A stretch of DNA of 64,000 bases from a bacterium (GTDB lineage: Bacteria; Hinthialibacterota; Hinthialibacteria; Hinthialibacterales; Hinthialibacteraceae): assembly GCA_963663405.2 (NCBI GenBank), contig CAXXSM010000122.1, positions 32,001-96,000 on the forward strand, given 5' to 3'. The notes under the pieces were generated by a model. The model was not told where the DNA came from, searched no databases, and worked only from the letters and a program-made list of their open reading frames with translations. Positions 34,814-46,808 of the stretch are shown one piece after another. Made by a program: the position numbers and the translations under genes. Within the stretch, counting starts at the first letter, position 1; each line of letters starts with the position of its first letter.

Positions 34814-36699
34814 TTATTGATCGAAGAAGGCCATCGTCTTCGAATCAAACGTTTGAACGAGCAGGGATCGATCCAGATAGCGATTTCCCCGTTCACAAGA
34901 AGTTTCGGGGGCAAACAGGCAGGCATGACAGGCGGCGCCATGAAGAACGGGCTCTTCGTCCTCCCCCGGCGTGTTTTCGGCGCACAATGGATCGGATGCG
35001 CATATCCTCAAATCTTCCAAGACCTGATTGATATGACCTGCAAGCGTCTTCGGGGAGCCAAGGCTGATGAGTCCGCCGAGTGTCCCTTCGCTATCCGGAA
35101 CGGCTGTATAGATCAAGATCCCAGCCATAGGTTCGTCTGATTCGGACGGAGCTCTAGCATAAATCCGTTCTTTTATACTCGCCGCCGAGTAACCACATTC
35201 CATCGAAAACTGCCTCATTAGAGCGTGGGAAAACGAATGGAGGAGAATGTAGCGGATACCCGGAAACCCAAGATCGGGTTTCAGATTCCGTTTTCTCATC
35301 CACAGGCGATGCGCATTAAGAAAATTCCCCTCACGCGCTAGAACGTACTTGTTTGATTTCGACCACGCAGAGATCATTTCTTCATTGAACTGTAAAAATA
35401 TCCCTTCCCCACGAACCACGGAAACGGGAACCCATTCCGGGGCATTCCGTGTAATCGGCGCTTGGTTTATAGGTTCAGCGTTCGTTCGTTCGGTGATATC
35501 TCCGGGAGATTCAATCCTTGTGAAGCCCGTAAACGCGGCGACTTCTTGCATCCGTTCCACCAAAACGACTTTGGAGATATAACGTTCAAATCCATCTGGT
35601 GGAGCAACTTCCCGTAATTGGAGCAAATTAGTGTTGTGACTGGGATCGGGATTTGAGAATATTTCCCATTCAGGCGTTTTTTAGATCGGTGTTTTCAGAT
35701 CCATCTCCTTGATCCTGTTGATCGCGCTTCTTTTCAATCTCTGTCCAAATCTCATCGTCAGAGAAATCACTAAAATCTTTCAATAGACCAATTCGACGTG
35801 AGAACGCTAAATTATCCTTAGTCTCAATCTTATCAAAGACTACCCAATGATCGTGGACGAGTTGCGATAATCTTCCAGCATCATCCGGGGGAAGCGAAAG
35901 CACGGGGATTGTCAGGGGAAACCAGCTGTTTGAAGCGCCTAACAGAATACTCTTTGCTGGTTTATCGCATTCGTTATCACAGTAGTTGAGTAGATGAGGA
36001 TGCCGTCCTCTGCATGGTGGCAGGATTGAAGGTTGAGAAAGCACGAGGCTGGTATCAAACGCGTCGGACATAGGTCTGGATGCGCCGCATCCCTCGCACT
36101 TCACATACACATCACTCGCCGTTCCCGTTACTCCCATCTCCATCAATTTAAATGGGCCTTTGCAATTCTCGTTTTGTCCGCGATGAACATAATAACTCCA
36201 TGGGAAATCGTCCAGGTGTCCATTTTCGCACGCAACCAGGTATCGAGCGGGAAGCGCGGGTGGTGGCGATCCTTGCCTTTGACAATTGCTATGGACGTAT
36301 TTCGCCCTCTCCGGATGGTACGGATTGGTTTTTAACTCGAACAAACCAGAGTTAATTGGCGCAAGCCGTTGGCAATGGGAGCATTTCAACCAACGGGGGA
36401 AACGTTGCCACAGGGACGCTTATAGCCGGATTTTCATCGTAGGGATTCGAAACACCCGCATCGTTATCAGGGACAGGCGGAAGATATAACGCATTTACTT
36501 GTAAACCTAATTGTTTCTTGACAGCGGATAGCAGACGGTCTTCATTCACCTCTTTGAGATATCCCCGATCCCAACCATCCAATCCCATGATAATAACAGA
36601 GATGTTGGGCAGGTCCACAATGGAGCCGATTCCGTATGTATAGAGCAATTGATTGGGGCGAATCTCCCCGACTTTGGGTCTCTCGGATTTCTCTCTCAT
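34814..36699 (-). CDS. drmB: DISARM DrmB (DUF1998 helicase-associated), frameshifted
   Basis: GEIRPNQLLYTYGIGSIVDLP, PARYLVACENGHLDDFPW, LLHSFSHALMR, EGTLGGL, CASDPLC, GAACHAC..PETSCERGN..LDR. Confidence 0.9.
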
Positions 36700-36788
36700 G
36701 CTATCGTTTCCCCCCTAGGATCGACTCCTGTATTTTTTTCGATCGAATGCAAGGATTCATCCCCATACAAATCTTCGGAGATCACCGC
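36696..36788 (-). pseudogene. Probable 3' tail of drmA, remainder deleted
   Basis: 30-codon frame AVISEDLY..GETIA* ending in an ATGA overlap with the drmB start; begins exactly at the ISL3 end. Confidence 0.45.
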
Positions 36789-38162
36789 GGTTCCTCAGAG
36801 AAATCAGTGGGTAAACAAGAGGGAATGCTGAAGAAGGAGAGATAGAAAAGGACATCCGGTAACGTATCCTAAGAAGATGGAGTCGACGAAGACAAACCAT
36901 CAATCAGGAGGCCACCGGATGCAAGTAAAGACTATCCTCAATCGCGTTCATAAAATCAAGGGATTTGTGTACGATTCGGTCTATTTTAGCGAATGGAACA
37001 AGAAAACCGTGTTGGAGGTTGAAATCCGCCCCCGGAAGGGAAATCGTCCAATCTGTTCCGGCTGTGGAAAGAAAAGACCCGGATACGACAAGCGTGACAA
37101 GCGTCGTTTTGAAATGGTCCCGCTGTGGGGAATCGCGTTTTTTTTAATCTACACAATGCGGCGTGTCGAGTGTCCAGACTGCGGGGTAAAAATTGAGCAA
37201 GTTCCCTGGGCCGAAGGAAAGCACGAATTAACGAGCGCGTATCAGTGGTTTCTGGCGGGTTGGGCGAAGCGGTTAAATTGGACGCAAGTGGCGGAGGCGT
37301 TTCAAACGAGTTGGCACAAAGTATTTTGCTCGGTGGAGAGGGCCGTCAATTGGGGACGGGAGCATAGGAACCTGGAAGGAATCACCGCCATCGGAGTGGA
37401 CGAAATGCAATGGGGAAGCGGGCACAATTACGTGACTGCGGTGTATCAAATCAATGAGGGATGTAGGCGGTTACTTTGGATTGGGGAAAAGAGAACGGCC
37501 AAGACGTTTTGAGATTTTTCCGCTGGTTGGGTGAGGAGCGGAGCGCGAAGTTGGAATTCATTTGCAGCGATATGTGGAAAGCGTATCTCAAAGTCGTGGC
37601 GAAGAAAGCGAAAGGGGCCATCCATATTTTGGAATCGTTTTCACATCGTGGCCCATATGAATAAAGCCATCGATGAGGTGCGGGCTGGGGAAGCCAAGGG
37701 ATTGGAGCCGGTCTTGAAAGGAAGCCGTTGGTGGTTTCTCAAACGTTCGGTGAATCTAACCGAGAAGCAGGTGGAAAAACTTGCCAATGTGGTTCGGTAT
37801 AACCTTCGGACCGTGCGTAGTTATCTTTTAAAAGAAGAGTTCCACTTTTTCTGGGACTATAAGTCGGCATCGTGGGCGGGCCGTTTTTTGGATCAATGGT
37901 GTACCAAGACCATGCGATCCCGGATCGAGCCAATGAAAAAGGTTGCGAAGATGCTTCGGCGTCATCGGGAACTGATTTTGAACTGGTTTCGGGCGAAAAA
38001 AGAGTTTTCTTCTGGTGTCGTGGAAGGATTAAATAACAAAGCGAAAGTGACTACCAAAATGGCGTACGGCTTTCGAACATTCGAACGCTGGAAATCGCCT
38101 TGTATCATACCCTTGGTAAACTTCCTCAACCGGAATTTACCCATAGATTTTTTTGACGAGGC
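36789..38162 (+). mobile_element. ISL3-family IS, copy 1 (transposase 36919-38172 with indels), no TSD
   Basis: 27-bp imperfect IRs GGTTCCTCAGAGAAATCAGTGGGTAAA / GCCTCGTCAAAAAAATCTATGGGTAAA; near-identical to copy 2. Confidence 0.92.
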
Positions 38163-41100
38163 TTATTTTTAAATGGAAAAACAGTCAATTTATGCATAAA
38201 TACAATATTTGGTGGGGTATTCACAAAGGATAAATACTTTGTAACAATTGGACATACAAACACTCGATCCATTCCATTAATAAAGTGTAGATTTTTCCTC
38301 CAAGCTCCAAATTTCCACCAATAATTCCGAACTGTTCTATTCCAATTATTTTTTGGTTCGTATCTCAATCTCTCTGGCTTTACTTTCTCTACAACGATCC
38401 TCAAGCAATCAGAATAATCAGCAGCAACAGGTCCATCATAACCTTCAAGAGCGGTTTCACGATTGAGAGGCCAATCAAAGAAATTAATTATCCAGCGGCT
38501 GGGAGATTGATCCGGCCGGGAATTCAAGTCTTCCCCATTAAGGTATGGGAATAAAACATACTTGTTTTTGGGATCTTTATCGATTAATGTTCGTGCTTCA
38601 TTTGGAGTTAAAATGAATCCTTTTCCCAACACGATTGAACCTTGGAAAGATTTATTGGCATTGGCCGCAAGACGATAGGGTGTTCCCGCAATGGTTCCAG
38701 GTTTGGTCAAAAACGGCGTGATTCCGGTTAATTCTCTGGTATCAAGAGTAAACTTATTTTCCACATTCCATTACGAATCCATACATGAGCCACTTCCAAA
38801 GTGGCGTCACCCGGCCAAGGGCGGCTGGGGATTGCTCGGGGGATAGAAAATTGGCGTTGTTCGAGTTGCTCCAACCCGACTTCCCGCGTATCACCCTGAG
38901 CGATTGTATTGGTCGCAATTAATCCAAATAATCCATTTTTCCTCAACAATGAACTAGCTCGCAGGAAAAAATACGAACAGAGATCCGCGCTTCCCTTTTT
39001 CCCAAACGCCAATTGATCGACACAATAATTGCGGTAATCCGTGCCCAACTGCCCAGTAATCTTTTGCCCTCCCATAAACGGCGGATTCCCAACGAAGGCG
39101 TCAAATCCAGGATTCTCCCGCAGGAAGACTTCGGGGAACTCAACCGGCCAATGGAAGGGGCGGCGGTTGTGTTCATCCCGGCTGATTTTTTGATACAGGA
39201 GTTCGTCCGCGAATTTCCTCAGCGCTTGAGCATCCAACTCCGCGTCCGATTCTTCGCCGTGGTTTAATACGTTGTGAATGTGATCGAGGATCAAGTTGCG
39301 CTGTTCCATGAAACTGGGATGCGGTTCCCCGCCCCGTTTGGCGGAATTTCCATCCGCTGTGCTGATGACCGCTCCTATAACCAGATCGCCCACCAAACGG
39401 ACAAAATCAGTGGCCCGGTCGGCTTCCTCCAACAGGGCCTCTTTCCGGCGCTGATCCTCGATATCGGTGACAGAGTACGACTCCAGTTTCTCCCGTTTCT
39501 CCAACGCGCGCTGTAAAGATTTCTTCGCCGTATTGATGGAAAACCACAAATAAAACTGCTTACTATAATCAATCTCGATCTCTGGTTTGATATGGACATG
39601 GTCGATCTGCAGCGGATCGTGCGCACCAAGCAGCGAATCCCCGCATTTCAAAGCATGATCGAGGAAGGTGAAGGGGCGGCCCTTATCGAGTGTAATCAAC
39701 CATAACGACAGTTTCGCCATCTCCACCGCCATCGGATTCTTATCCACACCATAGAGACACTTTTCAGCCACTAACCGCTGGGCCAGAATCTTCCGTTCGG
39801 CGTCATCTTTCGGAAGAGGCCGTTCGGTGGTCTTCCCCATAGCGGGATCGGCGTAGGGATAGGTCAATCTCAGCGATTCACTCTTTTTCTCCGCCTCGCT
39901 TTCCGCATCCGCCCATCGTTGGACGATGTACTCCGCTACGAACCGGCAAGCCTGCACCAAAAACGCCCCCGATCCCATCGCCATATCGCAAATCTTCAGC
40001 TGCAGCGTTTCTTCCACCGTTAACCGGCGGCTCTCCTCTTTGGATTTGCCCTCGGGGATTTCGAGATAGAGGATCGGTTCGAGCGTATGCTGAACGATTG
40101 GCTCGGTGAGAGAACGCGGGGTGTAATGCGTACCCGAACTGCGCCGGTCCGTCCCCGCCGTGACGAAAACACTTCCGGTGGGAATCACAACGGGATAATC
40201 CGATTCATCATCCCGGACCAGTTCCGCAAACGGAAGCACCTGCTCGATCAACGCCTCATCATTATCGCAGGCGGTCCGGAGCCGCGCCATCCGGCGATCG
40301 TCCGGCCTGGCGTCTAGATCTTTCTTTAGTGTCTTTAGTGATCGCCCGGTCTCTTTATTGAGCCATTTGAAAAAATCATCTTCGTTTCTGCTGAGCGCCG
40401 TTTCCAGGTCAGAAACCGCAATCTCCGGCTCATCCCCCAGCTTTCCCTTCAGGCTGAGGTAGGGCTCCGGGGCGCGCCGGGCGGTATGATCGAGAAGCCC
40501 CTCGTACACATGCCCAATCTGTTCAATATCCAGCGCCCGAAACGAAAGCCGCCGTTTCTCTTTACCAGCGCCTCCCCCAAGATTGACTTCCAGATATTGG
40601 AGCGATTCAAGCAAGTGAAGCACGGTGCGGTTATTCATGGGCAGCGGTTCGGCGAGTTCGGTTTGCCAACTCGTGCCCTCTTTCCGGCCTTCCAAGAACG
40701 GATAGCGGTCTGGATCGAACAGATGTCCGCCGTACGGAGGAAGCCGCAGGGATTCGTGCCGCACCCCGCCGTGAACCGCCCGGAACGTTGCAAGAAGGCG
40801 GCTCCAAGCATCGTAACGGCGTTCGAGAATCTCCTCGCCGCTTCGGTCCGCGATCGCGCGTAATTGATCGCAGAGTGTCGTTACGGCATAGTTTTGGTCG
40901 TAAACCGGTTCTCCCAGTAACAGCAATCCGCGCTCTTCCGCCGAATAGAGAAAGACCAACCGCATCATCACCGTCAACGCGGCTTCATACAAAACGAGTT
41001 CATCAACGCCGCTCAACAAGATCCGATTTCGGTCCCGGTCCGCTTTGTCCAACGCCTGAACCAGCATCTCCACCGAGCGGCGCACCTGATACCCCAGCTG

Positions 41101-41817
41101 GTTCGTCACTTCCTGCTGGTTCTTGGCACTCTCCTCAAACAATTTCTCAAGTGTCTGATCCTCAGCGGCGCCAAAGAAACGGTAAGCGGACAGCAGACTG
41201 CGAAACGCCCGCAGTGTGATCTTCTCTTCCTGCCAGAGCGTGGCGTACCACGAAGCGTAACCCGTGGTTTCACCCCGTGGCGCGTAAACCATCATCCAAT
41301 GTTCGCCGTTAGTCACCAGCCCCAACGGGACATCGGCCGCGTGGAGCAAATCCATCATCCGTGACGAGGGTGGGGCTTTCAACCGGCTCCCGGGAACGGA
41401 TTTCTCTAAATTCTGATCCGGTGGATAGGATTGGATGAGAAGACGCGCTTTTCCCTCATCTGAAGTTCCTTTCGGATTGACTACGACCCAATCGGGGCGA
41501 ATCCGTTCGTGATGCTGCGAATCGCTGAGTTCTAATCCGGGAGGGATCCCCTGCCCTTCCCGCAACACCTCTTCACCGAATCCCAATGTTTCATTCAATA
41601 CGAACTGAATCCATGCCCGGTGAATCGCCGGATCGGAGTGATCCGATTGCCGGTTATCGTCCCATTCTCCAAAAGCGATCCGCAACCGGCCCGCGTGATC
41701 CGGATCGTGCGCTTCCAATCCTTGCGGAAACACCTGGGATAAAACCGGGATCGAAAGAAACGGCCCTGAAACCTCGACAAGGGAAAGCCATTCGGCATGT
41801 TCGCGCCCGGCGGTCAT
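38163..41817 (-). CDS. drmMI: DISARM DrmMI type IIG-like N6-adenine methyltransferase, frameshift near 38760 and 3'-truncated by ISL3
   Basis: HAEWLSLVEVSGPFLS, LVTNG, IGHVYEGLLD, GTHYTP, DMAMGSGAFL, YGVDKNP, GNPPFMGG, IATNTIAQGDTR. Confidence 0.9.
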
Positions 41818-44595
41818 GATCCCGCCTCCCGCGCCAGTTTTTCGGGGACCAGAAACGTCACCGCGACGGGAAAGAGCCGGGGAACCGGATCGGCGAACCG
41901 GCTTTGGATGACTTTCTTCTCCTGTTCGATCTCTTCGGGAATCTGTTTCAACCGGATACGCAAATTATCCATATCGATTTCATACTGTTTTTTCTCATCG
42001 TCATTAAAACCAGGCAAAAACTGTTCGAGATTGGTTTTGTCGCTCTGTATCTTTTCTTCAATGGATTTTTTCAACTCATTCAAAATGGCCTCGATGTCAC
42101 CCGCTTCCTTTTCGGCGCGTTCTTGAAGAGATTTTTGTAAACCATCGGTACGATCTTTCATCCGCGCTTCTAAAGCCAGTTTGAGCGATGAGGAGTGTTT
42201 TGGCCATAACTCAAGCAGTTTCTTCGCGATCGATTCCGGGGCGGGATCGCGCAGCTCCGCATCAAGCGCCCTTTTCGTCTCCCCTACGTTCATGCGGGAG
42301 AACCGGCCTTCCCGGATCACTCCACCTGCTGTGATGATCTCTTCATGCAATCGATGGCTATCCCCCCCAATCACCACCAATCGAGCGTGTCCAATCAAGG
42401 CGGGAGTCTGAAGAATGTTATTGGGAACCAAGCGCGCCGTCACCCGATTCATCTTCGGATGCGGGGACCAGACTTCCGCCCTCAATAAACGGAGACTCAT
42501 CTGTACCAGCTGGTGGTTCAAGTGACACAGCACGATATCATCGCGGCCATCCAGCAGGTTATGATCGAATACGATCGGACGGATTTACCCGGTGTGAGGA
42601 TGCGCCAATCCCTCCGAACAGACCGCCCATGTTCCTTTCAGCGCGGGGAGATGAAACACGGGGCATCGGATCCGCGTTCCTCTTGGATCGGGCCAGATCC
42701 CTTCCACTTCCGCTTCCTGAAGTGGCGGCTGTTCGGCCAATTCCAACGCGATCTGGACAACGTTCAGGATATTTTCCGGGGAGAGATGCAATTCTTCCCT
42801 GGTTTCGTTCAACTGTTCGGCGAACCGCTCCAACTGTTTTTTGATATCCCGCTCGAACTTCAAGTTATTGGCGACACGCTTCGCCACACTTTCTTCCTTT
42901 TCCGTGTCGAACCGCCGTTCACGGCGTCCCAGCATAGCCATTTCAACTTGCTCGGCGATCACGGGGCCGACTTTCCCCAGATCCGTGCGAATATTCTCGA
43001 CTTTTCTCGCGGCCCGCATAAGGAATTCAAGATCGGCTTCCAGTTCGTTCACATCTTCAGACCAAAATTGATCCCGGTTTTTATATCCCTTGCCAACGAA
43101 ATGATAGATAAGAACCTCATTCGCCCGTTGGCCGTGGCGGTCGATCCGACCGTTTCGTTGCTCCATCCGGTTCGGATTCCATGGGATTTCAAAATGGACC
43201 AGGCGGTGACAGTGGTTTTGTAAATCAATGCCCTCGGACGCCGAATCGGTCGCAAGCAGAATTCGGACGGGGCTTTCCTCTGGATGCGTCTGGAACGCGA
43301 CTTTGATGGCCTCCCGGCTATCGGAATCCATCCCGCCGTAAATCGTCATTAAACGGTCATTCCCTGTCAGGCCTTCCGTCGCGAATCTATCCATAAGCCA
43401 TTTTTGTGTCGCGCGATACTCGGTAAATATGATGACGCGCTCGTTGGACCATTTTCCCCCGGGTTTAACCGTATCTTTCAACCACTGGATCAGAGTCTTG
43501 GTTTTTGAATCCGGACGTCCAACCACTCGCTGCGCCCAATCCTGCATCCGGTCGATCAGATCGCGTTCATCATCCAAAAGGTCTCGGAAAAGCCGCGTTG
43601 TCACTTCAACTGCGTCATGGGTCAATTCTTCATACTGCTCGTCATCATCGGTGTCATCGCCGATGCGGTCAATCTGCTGTTGAAGGATTTTGATATTTTT
43701 TCGTTGCGGCTGTTTTTTCTCTTTTCGAGCTGCGTATTCCAGCGATTTGATGTGTTGTTCGAGCGTTGATTTGAACGCGGCGGGGGAGGAGAACAGACGC
43801 TTCTTGAGCAATTTCAACACAAATTGGATGGCGAAGTTCTCGGTTTGATCTTTAACATCATGGAGACGGGATTCCGTGTATTGCTTTAGTTTTTCATGAA
43901 CGTCAATTTCTTCCTCGGTGTAATCGACTTCCAAGGGAATCAAGTTCCTTTTCGGGAACTTGAGCGAACCATCCCAATCAACAAAATCCGATTTTAACCG
44001 GCGAACCATGATTGAATTGAGCGATTTAGGATCGGGTGTGATGCCCCGCGCAAAGCGCTGGTCATCCAATAACTCGAGAAGCGCCGAAAAACTCTCTGTA
44101 TAACCGTTATGTGGAGTCGCCGTAAGGAAAAGTTTATGCTCAAAATGAGGCGTTAACTGCCGGATAGTGGATGTTCGCATCGAATCGATCGCGTACAATC
44201 CCCCGCCTGACGGCGCGATATTATGGGCTTCATCAATGACCAGTAGATCGAATTTCCGAGGATATACGTCTTCTCCTTCGGCTGGCAACACTTCTTTAAA
44301 CAGCCGGAGCGTCCGTTCCCGTTTCAGGAAATCGATTGACGTGATCAGCCGGGGGAAATGAGTCCATGGATTCACATGAATCCCCCGGCGGCGTCTTAAC
44401 GCTTTCATTAACTCCCGGTTCACAATCCTGAATTCCAAGCCAAACCGGTCACGCATCTGGTCCCGCCAATGAATTTGAAGGGAGGATGGACAAACGATTA
44501 ACGCATTCCGGATACGGTGGCGAAGGATGAATTCCTGGATAATCAACCCGGCTTCCACCGTTTTCCCCAATCCTACATCATCGGCGATCAACATC
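41814..44595 (-). CDS. drmD: DISARM SNF2-like helicase DrmD, N-terminal part missing, frameshift near 42560
   Basis: LIADDVGLGKT, IDEAHN, LTATPHNG, IIFTEYRAT, SEGIDLQ, PWNPNRMEQRNGRIDRHGQ, RLFPVAVTFLVP; ATGA overlap with drmMI. Confidence 0.9.
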
Positions 44596-44978
44596 CAGAA
44601 TCCACAAACCATAGATAGTGCAAATGAACAACACAAGCACATTTAAGCCCCATATTACAAATTCATAATATAAAAATTAACAGGAAGAAAAAAAGGCACA
44701 TACACCCTCTTGAAGAAAAAGTAAACGGAGTATCCATCGATAAATAGAAAACATCGTGTGACGAATAGGGGGAGGGGGGGGGATGACAATCTCTGGAAGG
44801 ATAAAGACGGAAACCGTAACGTTCTATTCAAATTCGTCTGTTAGTCCTATATGCAGAGAGTGGCAGGCAATTGTGAAATTATCAACATTGAAAATAGCAG
44901 TTACGAAAACGCGCTCTAAGCGCTATTTCTGTTTCTATGTGGAATATTGGTGAAAGTCGCACAGGGGCGGCGAGGCTT

Positions 44979-46250
44979 CTATTTCGCAGGCTTTGTATTC
45001 GAGTTCGTTGGTCCAACACTCAAATCCCTTACTAACCGCTCAAACGCTTTTGTATAATCGTCGTGCTCTTTCCATTTCGTGAAATCGCCGATATGACGTT
45101 CCTCTTGTATGTCATATGCCCATTGTTTTTCAGTCTTAAATACAGCATCATCCAAACGAATAGGAAAAAGAACATCGCTATTCTGTGCCTTCTCTTTCTC
45201 CAAAGCAGTTTCCACTTCTTTACGTACCCAGGCCCTTGTGACGGAATTTTCCGATAGGATCAAAATCAATTTATCATGTACTCGGATAGCCTCGTCAATG
45301 CTGCGATGAAGGCGGTCACCTATTTTCATGTCTTCCGGAGCGAACCAGCAACGAATGCCCTTATCTTGCAAGTCCGCATGAAGTCGTTTAGCAAATTCCT
45401 CATCCTTATGCGAATAACTAATGAAGCAGGAATAAAACTCTATGGCTTTGCCCAATATGGATGGAATGTATTCGATGTACGTATCCGGAAGCCCACAGCC
45501 GCGGAGGAAATTGAGCGGAAGGTTTCCTGATTTTTGGAGAGTTCGGTGGTCTAGGATAGATGGTCCAAAATGTCTGCATGAATCCAAGCCTTTGGCGTCA
45601 GTTAGGTTTGTGTTTCCGAAAGCTGTTTCAAGCAGAATTGCTGACTCAAGATCAGCTCGGGTAAGGTCCGCCATACGGAGGTCCACTACGATAAGGTTTG
45701 CTCCTTTGAGGCTCGCACTTCTGAGTTTTGCCTCGCTAAGGTTCGCCCCGCGGAGATTCGCCCCGTAGAGATTCGACTCTCGAAGGTTCACACCGCCAAG
45801 GTTCGCCCCGCCGAGGTCTGCCCTATAAAGGTTTGTTCTGCTGAGGTTCGCCCTACGAAGGTTAGCCTTGCGAAGGTTAGCCTCGCGAAAGTTTGCTCCT
45901 TTGAGGCTCGCACTTCTGAGTTTTGTATCGCTGAGATCTGCCCTACTAAGATCCGCTTCGACAAGGATTGCCCCAGTAAGGCTTGCTCCGTTGAATGACA
46001 CATCACAAAGGTTCGCCCTGCTAAGGTTCACTCCATTTAGGTACGCATTTTTTAGTGTCGTACCACGAAAGTCTACAAAGGAAAGATTTGTTTTGAAAAG
46101 GTTCGCCTCGCAAAGGTCTGCCCTGCAGAACCTAATACCATGAAGATCCACCCCTCCAAGATCCGGTATAATATCCGGATTATCTAACCTCCATTTATTC
46201 CAAACATCTACCCCTTCCTTCAGTATCGCAACATGCTCCTCATTCGCCAT
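44979..46250 (-). CDS. Pentapeptide-repeat plus C-terminal TIR-domain protein
   Basis: MANEEH..WN.WR start, over 30 A(D/N)Lxx pentapeptides, then FYSCFISYSHKD..L...GIRCWF..LILSENS..WVRKE..PIRLD. Confidence 0.92.
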   Translation of the reverse strand: MANEEHVAILKEGVDVWNKWRLDNPDIIPDLGGVDLHGIRFCRADLCEANLFKTNLSFVDFRGTTLKNAYLNGVNLSRANLCDVSFNGASLTGAILVEADLSRADLSDTKLRSASLKGANFREANLRKANLRRANLSRTNLYRADLGGANLGGVNLRESNLYGANLRGANLSEAKLRSASLKGANLIVVDLRMADLTRADLESAILLETAFGNTNLTDAKGLDSCRHFGPSILDHRTLQKSGNLPLNFLRGCGLPDTYIEYIPSILGKAIEFYSCFISYSHKDEEFAKRLHADLQDKGIRCWFAPEDMKIGDRLHRSIDEAIRVHDKLILILSENSVTRAWVRKEVETALEKEKAQNSDVLFPIRLDDAVFKTEKQWAYDIQEERHIGDFTKWKEHDDYTKAFERLVRDLSVGPTNSNTKPAK

Positions 46251-46318
46251 CAGCATCCCCCATAATTGTAATTAAAGTGCCTATTTGATAACACTTAGCG
46301 GCGAATGTCAAGATAGTA

Positions 46319-46330
46319 GGGGGGGGGGGG
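46319..46330. repeat. G12 homopolymer in the divergent promoter region
   Basis: 12 consecutive G; a second G-tract (G5-A-G9) at 44768-44782. Confidence 0.8.
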
Positions 46331-46441
46331 TTCTAGGGAGTTTAAGTTGCTGTTGAGGTGTCTCCATACTCACTTGAATCCTATATTCAATATGTGTTAT
46401 TTTATATGTACCAAAAACGGCAGGGAGCGAGGTATTATATT

Positions 46442-46798
46442 ATGGCGTTATTGCAATGCCCGGAATGCGGCCATGAAGTATCCTCTTCGGCGTGGAGGTG
46501 TGCCAACTGTGGTTTTCCTATCAAGACAAATATATGGAAAGTTAAGATAAAATTATGGATAATTTCCAAATGTATGAAATACCATAATTGGAAATTAAAG
46601 AAGGAAGAAGAAAGACAAAAGAGACAAGAAGAATGGAAAAAAAAGCGCGACTTGATAAGTGATGAAGAAAAGAAAAAGAGAGAAGAAGAAAGAAAAAAGC
46701 AAGATAAATTTGATAAGACATTCATATATCTCATTATTTTTTTTACTTTTTTTGTCCTAATTACTGCTATTATTGCCCAAATATTTTTACCTGAATGA
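46442..46798 (+). CDS. Zinc-ribbon, coiled-coil, single C-terminal TM protein
   Basis: MALLQCPECGHEVSSSAWRCANCGFP, K/E-rich coil, terminal hydrophobic helix; GAGG RBS. Confidence 0.75.
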   Translation: MALLQCPECGHEVSSSAWRCANCGFPIKTNIWKVKIKLWIISKCMKYHNWKLKKEEERQKRQEEWKKKRDLISDEEKKKREEERKKQDKFDKTFIYLIIFFTFFVLITAIIAQIFLPE

Positions 46799-46808
46799 AA
46801 CTTAAGGC

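Noticed and set aside
1-44600. Numerous frameshifts read as mass pseudogenisation or programmed frameshifting
   Set aside because: ISL3 copy 1 differs from intact copy 2 by single-base indels in short homopolymers (about 37507, 37633, 38080), and housekeeping-type genes are hit too. This fits long-read error. Only IS-junction truncations are treated as real.
45600-46150. 15-bp periodic repeats resembling a CRISPR or tandem array
   Set aside because: They are the coding repeats of the pentapeptide protein; there are no unique spacers and no cas genes.
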